Shown here piece after piece: positions 37,801 to 40,576 of a stretch of DNA of 40,576 nt (the first letter of the stretch is position 1; each line of letters starts with the position of its first letter). Source of the DNA: Proteobacteria bacterium UBA2770 (lineage in GTDB: Bacteria; Pseudomonadota; Gammaproteobacteria; UBA2770). The stretch spans positions 1 through 40,576 of the forward strand of contig DEIQ01000004.1 in assembly GCA_002352565.1 (NCBI GenBank), given 5' to 3'. The position numbers and the translations under genes were made by a program. Below the pieces are notes generated by a model that saw nothing but the letters and a program-made list of their open reading frames with translations, did no database searches and was not told the DNA's origin.

Positions 37801-39754
37801 GCTGTTGTCGCGCACATTGCGCTTGATCGCTGCGTTCGATCACCGCCATATTTTTATTGATCCCAATCCGGATCTGGAGGAAAGTTATGCAGCGAGGGAG
37901 CGTCTGTTTCAGATGAAACGCTCAAGCTGGGCGGATTATGACGCCACAGCTATTTCCAGCGGGGGCGGCGTCTATACCAGACAGGTCAAGTCCATTGCTT
38001 TGAGCCCCCAGATTCAGGAAGCGCTTGATTTTCGGCAAGATCGAAGCTCGCCTCATGAACTGATTCAGGCTATTCTCAAGGCGCCGGTGGATGTGCTGTG
38101 GAATGGCGGCATCGGTACGTTTGTCAAAGCAAGATGGGAAAATCATGTGGAAGTGGAGGATCGCGCCAATGATAATATCAGGGTCAATGGTTGCGAACTT
38201 TGTTGCGCGATAGTCGCTGAAGGCGGAAATCTCGGTCTGACCCAACCCGGGCGCATCGAATACGCGATGAATGGCGGACGCATCAATACGGACTTTATCG
38301 ATAATTCCGCTGGAGTGGATTGCTCGGATCATGAGGTTAATTTGAAGATCGGGCTCGATCTTCTCATTCGCGATGGCGATCTGACCTATAAACAACGCAA
38401 CGAATTGCTGGCACGGATGAGCGAAGAAGTATCCGATCTGGTACTAATAGACAATCAACTGCAGACTCAGGCGCTGAGCATTATGGTCAACCATGGGTCA
38501 GAGATGATCGACGAACATCATCAGTTGATCCGCTCGCTTGAGCAAACTGCCGATCTCAACCGTGACATCGAACATCTTCCCAGCGAGCGCCAGATCACTG
38601 AACGAAAAACGAAAGGTTTGGGACTGACGCGTCCGGAACTGGCCATCGTGTTGTCTTATACCAAAAATTCCGGCTACAGCGCCCTGCTGCGCTCATCCGT
38701 TCCTGACCATCCGTGGATGCAACGCCTTCTGCTGGAGTATTTCCCGTCCGCTCTGCGCCAAAGCTACCCACAAGCCATTTATCGACATCCGTTGAAACGT
38801 GAAATCATTGCCACCATGACCGCCAATGAGCTGATCAACCGCATGAGTATATCCCTGCCGCAAAGATTGCATGATGACATGAATGTCAATATTGCCGAAA
38901 TATCACTGGCGTATTTTACGGTGCGCGAAGTTTACGATGCCGAGGAGGTGTGGGAACAAATGGATGCGCTGGGTCATTCGGTTCCAGCGCAACTTCAATA
39001 TCAGATGCTCCAATCCATCCAGCAACTGATAGAGCATTCCATCCGCTGGTTGCTTGAGCGACCGGGCATCAATTCTCAACCCCTGCAAACGATCATCGAT
39101 GTATACCGGCGCGCCATCGTTCTGTTATGGGGATGCTTTTCCCACCTGCTTGAGCCGACTCTCAGGGAGCGCTATCATCATGAAATTTCCCGTTATCTGG
39201 GACAGAAAATACCAGAACCCCTGGCCCGTTCAATGGCAGCCATCCCCTTCGCCATGGGTGCACTCGATATCATCGAACAGACCCGCCAACGGGTGGATGC
39301 CACACTGCAAAAGCATTCACTGATCGCCGTTGCCCAAGCTAATTATTATCTCGGAAGCCATCTGCATCTGGATGAACTGTATACCTGGATGCTTGCTTTT
39401 CCCGTTCATGATCATTGGGAACTCAGCGCCAAAGGTTCATTGCTTGACGATCTGTATCGGGATCATGCGTCGCTGGCCGCTCGCATCATTGCAGAAGAGA
39501 AATCCGAAGACGGCTTCGCCGCTGCCCGGCAATGGATGGACAAATATGAAGAGATCTCCACCGAATTTATAAGCCTCCTTCAGAATATCCAGGCGCAACC
39601 TTCCGTTAGTTATTCCGCGCTTTCCGTTGCGGGTCGGCATTTGCGGCGCATGGCTACCGGCGCATGGCATGCGAACCAGGTTAGCGCGGTTGAAGCCGAA
39701 ACATCCGATGAAAAGTCTCTGCTATCAGTCAAGGAACCACCGATCAAGTCATGA
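34823..39754 (+). CDS. gdhB: NAD-specific glutamate dehydrogenase, large (about 180 kDa) class
   Basis: The ORF is 1643 aa. The catalytic core is [40 protein letters not shown]...[13 protein letters not shown]...[13 protein letters not shown]...[19 protein letters not shown]. An AAGGA SD lies inside hoxW. The ATG at 34823 overlaps the hoxW stop at 34828-34830. Confidence 0.93.
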   Translation: [1643 protein letters not shown]

Positions 39755-39892
39755 ACCCGGTTCTTGAGTCCCTTATACCCGGTTTCTCCATTGTAAATCT
39801 TCACAATAGCCTGCTATACCGGTTGATAAGCACCTCGAATCTGAACATGGGGAATCGCACCTGAGCTTCGTCCAGACTTGATCAGAGGTTCC
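39733..39892 (-). repeat. Family-1 MITE-like repeat, copy g
   Basis: The sequence runs GGAACCACCGATCAAGTCATGAACCCGGTTCTTG...GAGCTTCGTCCAGACTTGATCAGAGGTTCC. The left terminus overlaps the last 7 codons and the stop of gdhB. Confidence 0.85.
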
Positions 39893-40034
39893 CTAACAAC
39901 CGTTTGACTCAACCTGAACTTGCCGCCTAAACCCAAAATATCTCACCGGTGTCTGGGTTCGGGAATTGTTATGGTAGAATCAAGCATCTGTGGTGATCTC
40001 CACACCTTAAGTTAATGAGCAACAGGACATTTCG

Positions 40035-40502
40035 ATGGCACGTGGCGTAAACAAAGTAATTTTAATCGGGAATCTCGGGCAAGATCCCGAAGTTCGAGTT
40101 ACTCAGAGTAATATGGCGGTCGCCAATCTGCGCATTGCCACCACCCATGCCTGGAAAGATCGACAGTCCGGGGAACCTCAGGAGCGCACCGAATGGCATA
40201 CGGTCGTTTTATATAACCGCTTGGCAGAGATTGCCGGGCAATATCTGCACAAAGGCTCGCAGGTTTATATTGAAGGCAGTCTGCGTACCCGAAAGTGGCA
40301 GGATCGCAGTGGCAACGACCGCTATACAACCGAAATCGTTACCTCTGATTTGCAGATGCTGGGCAGCCGTGGCGGCGCTGGTGGTGGTTCAGATTTCAAT
40401 GCCGGCAGATCCTCAACGTCTCCCGCTCCTTCCCGCCAATCCGATGATCAGGATTTTAATAGCCCGGCTTTTGATATGACAGAAGATGATGTGCCCTTTT
40501 AA
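40035..40502 (+). CDS. ssb: Single-stranded DNA-binding protein
   Basis: The N-terminus is [28 protein letters not shown] lies in the OB fold. A Gly-rich linker precedes the acidic tail EDDVPF. Confidence 0.95.
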   Translation: MARGVNKVILIGNLGQDPEVRVTQSNMAVANLRIATTHAWKDRQSGEPQERTEWHTVVLYNRLAEIAGQYLHKGSQVYIEGSLRTRKWQDRSGNDRYTTEIVTSDLQMLGSRGGAGGGSDFNAGRSSTSPAPSRQSDDQDFNSPAFDMTEDDVPF

Positions 40503-40541
40503 GTGGGCATAGCTCGTAGTTTCTTGTGTCATCAGGCATTA

Positions 40542-40576
40542 GGTAACCTCTGATCAAGACATCATCACTATTCCTG
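40542..40576. repeat. Family-1 MITE-like repeat, copy h (only one terminus present; cut by the window end)
   Basis: GGTAACCTCTGATCAAGAC begins 40 nt after the ssb stop. Confidence 0.6.

Noticed and set aside
3986-40576. The possibility that the recurring repeats form a CRISPR array
   Set aside because: The repeats are 105-165 bp long with their own inverted termini. They are irregularly spaced kilobases apart and occur in both orientations. No cas genes are present.
1-40576. A search for tRNA, rRNA or tmRNA genes and riboswitch-like leaders
   Set aside because: I found no T-loop (GGTTCGAATCC-like) or cloverleaf candidates, and no rRNA-like conserved blocks, on reading both strands. Without covariance-model tools, small structured RNAs cannot be excluded.

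Overview
This looks like a proteobacterial chromosomal segment. The nlpD-rpoS, hldD-waaF and ssb gene content fits a gamma- or beta-proteobacterium, but I cannot name the organism from sequence alone. I support about 30 genes.

Left third of the window:
- a secreted protein with a chagasin-like domain;
- a membrane-anchored MsrA-Trx-MsrB fusion;
- a decayed PAS-MCP chemoreceptor pseudogene;
- a thioesterase-fold gene;
- an IS remnant;
- a small Cys-rich secreted repeat protein;
- an OmpA-type lipoprotein;
- a membrane desaturase;
- nlpD-rpoS.

Middle of the window:
- a DUF498 gene divergent from a thiolase;
- ETF-QO, etfBA and an aldehyde dehydrogenase;
- hldD-waaF;
- a secreted GDPD phosphodiesterase;
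- an accessory islet holding an IS1595-like remnant and a frameshifted DUF2378-like gene.

Right third of the window:
- dsbG, sqr, an orphan lipoprotein and hypF on the minus strand;
- the divergent group-3d NAD-reducing [NiFe] hydrogenase operon hoxFUYHW on the plus strand;
- a 1643-aa NAD-specific glutamate dehydrogenase gene whose start overlaps the hoxW stop;
- ssb.

I found no tRNA, rRNA or CRISPR. The strongest non-genic signal is two unclassified MITE-like repeat families. One is about 160 bp with GGAACCTCTGATCAAGTC termini and has 8 copies. The other is about 105 bp with TTAACCCGGCC termini and has 3 copies. Both sit mostly just 3' of genes, and one copy supplies the last codons and stop of gdhB.

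All product calls rest on motif and family recognition by eye. No database search was possible.
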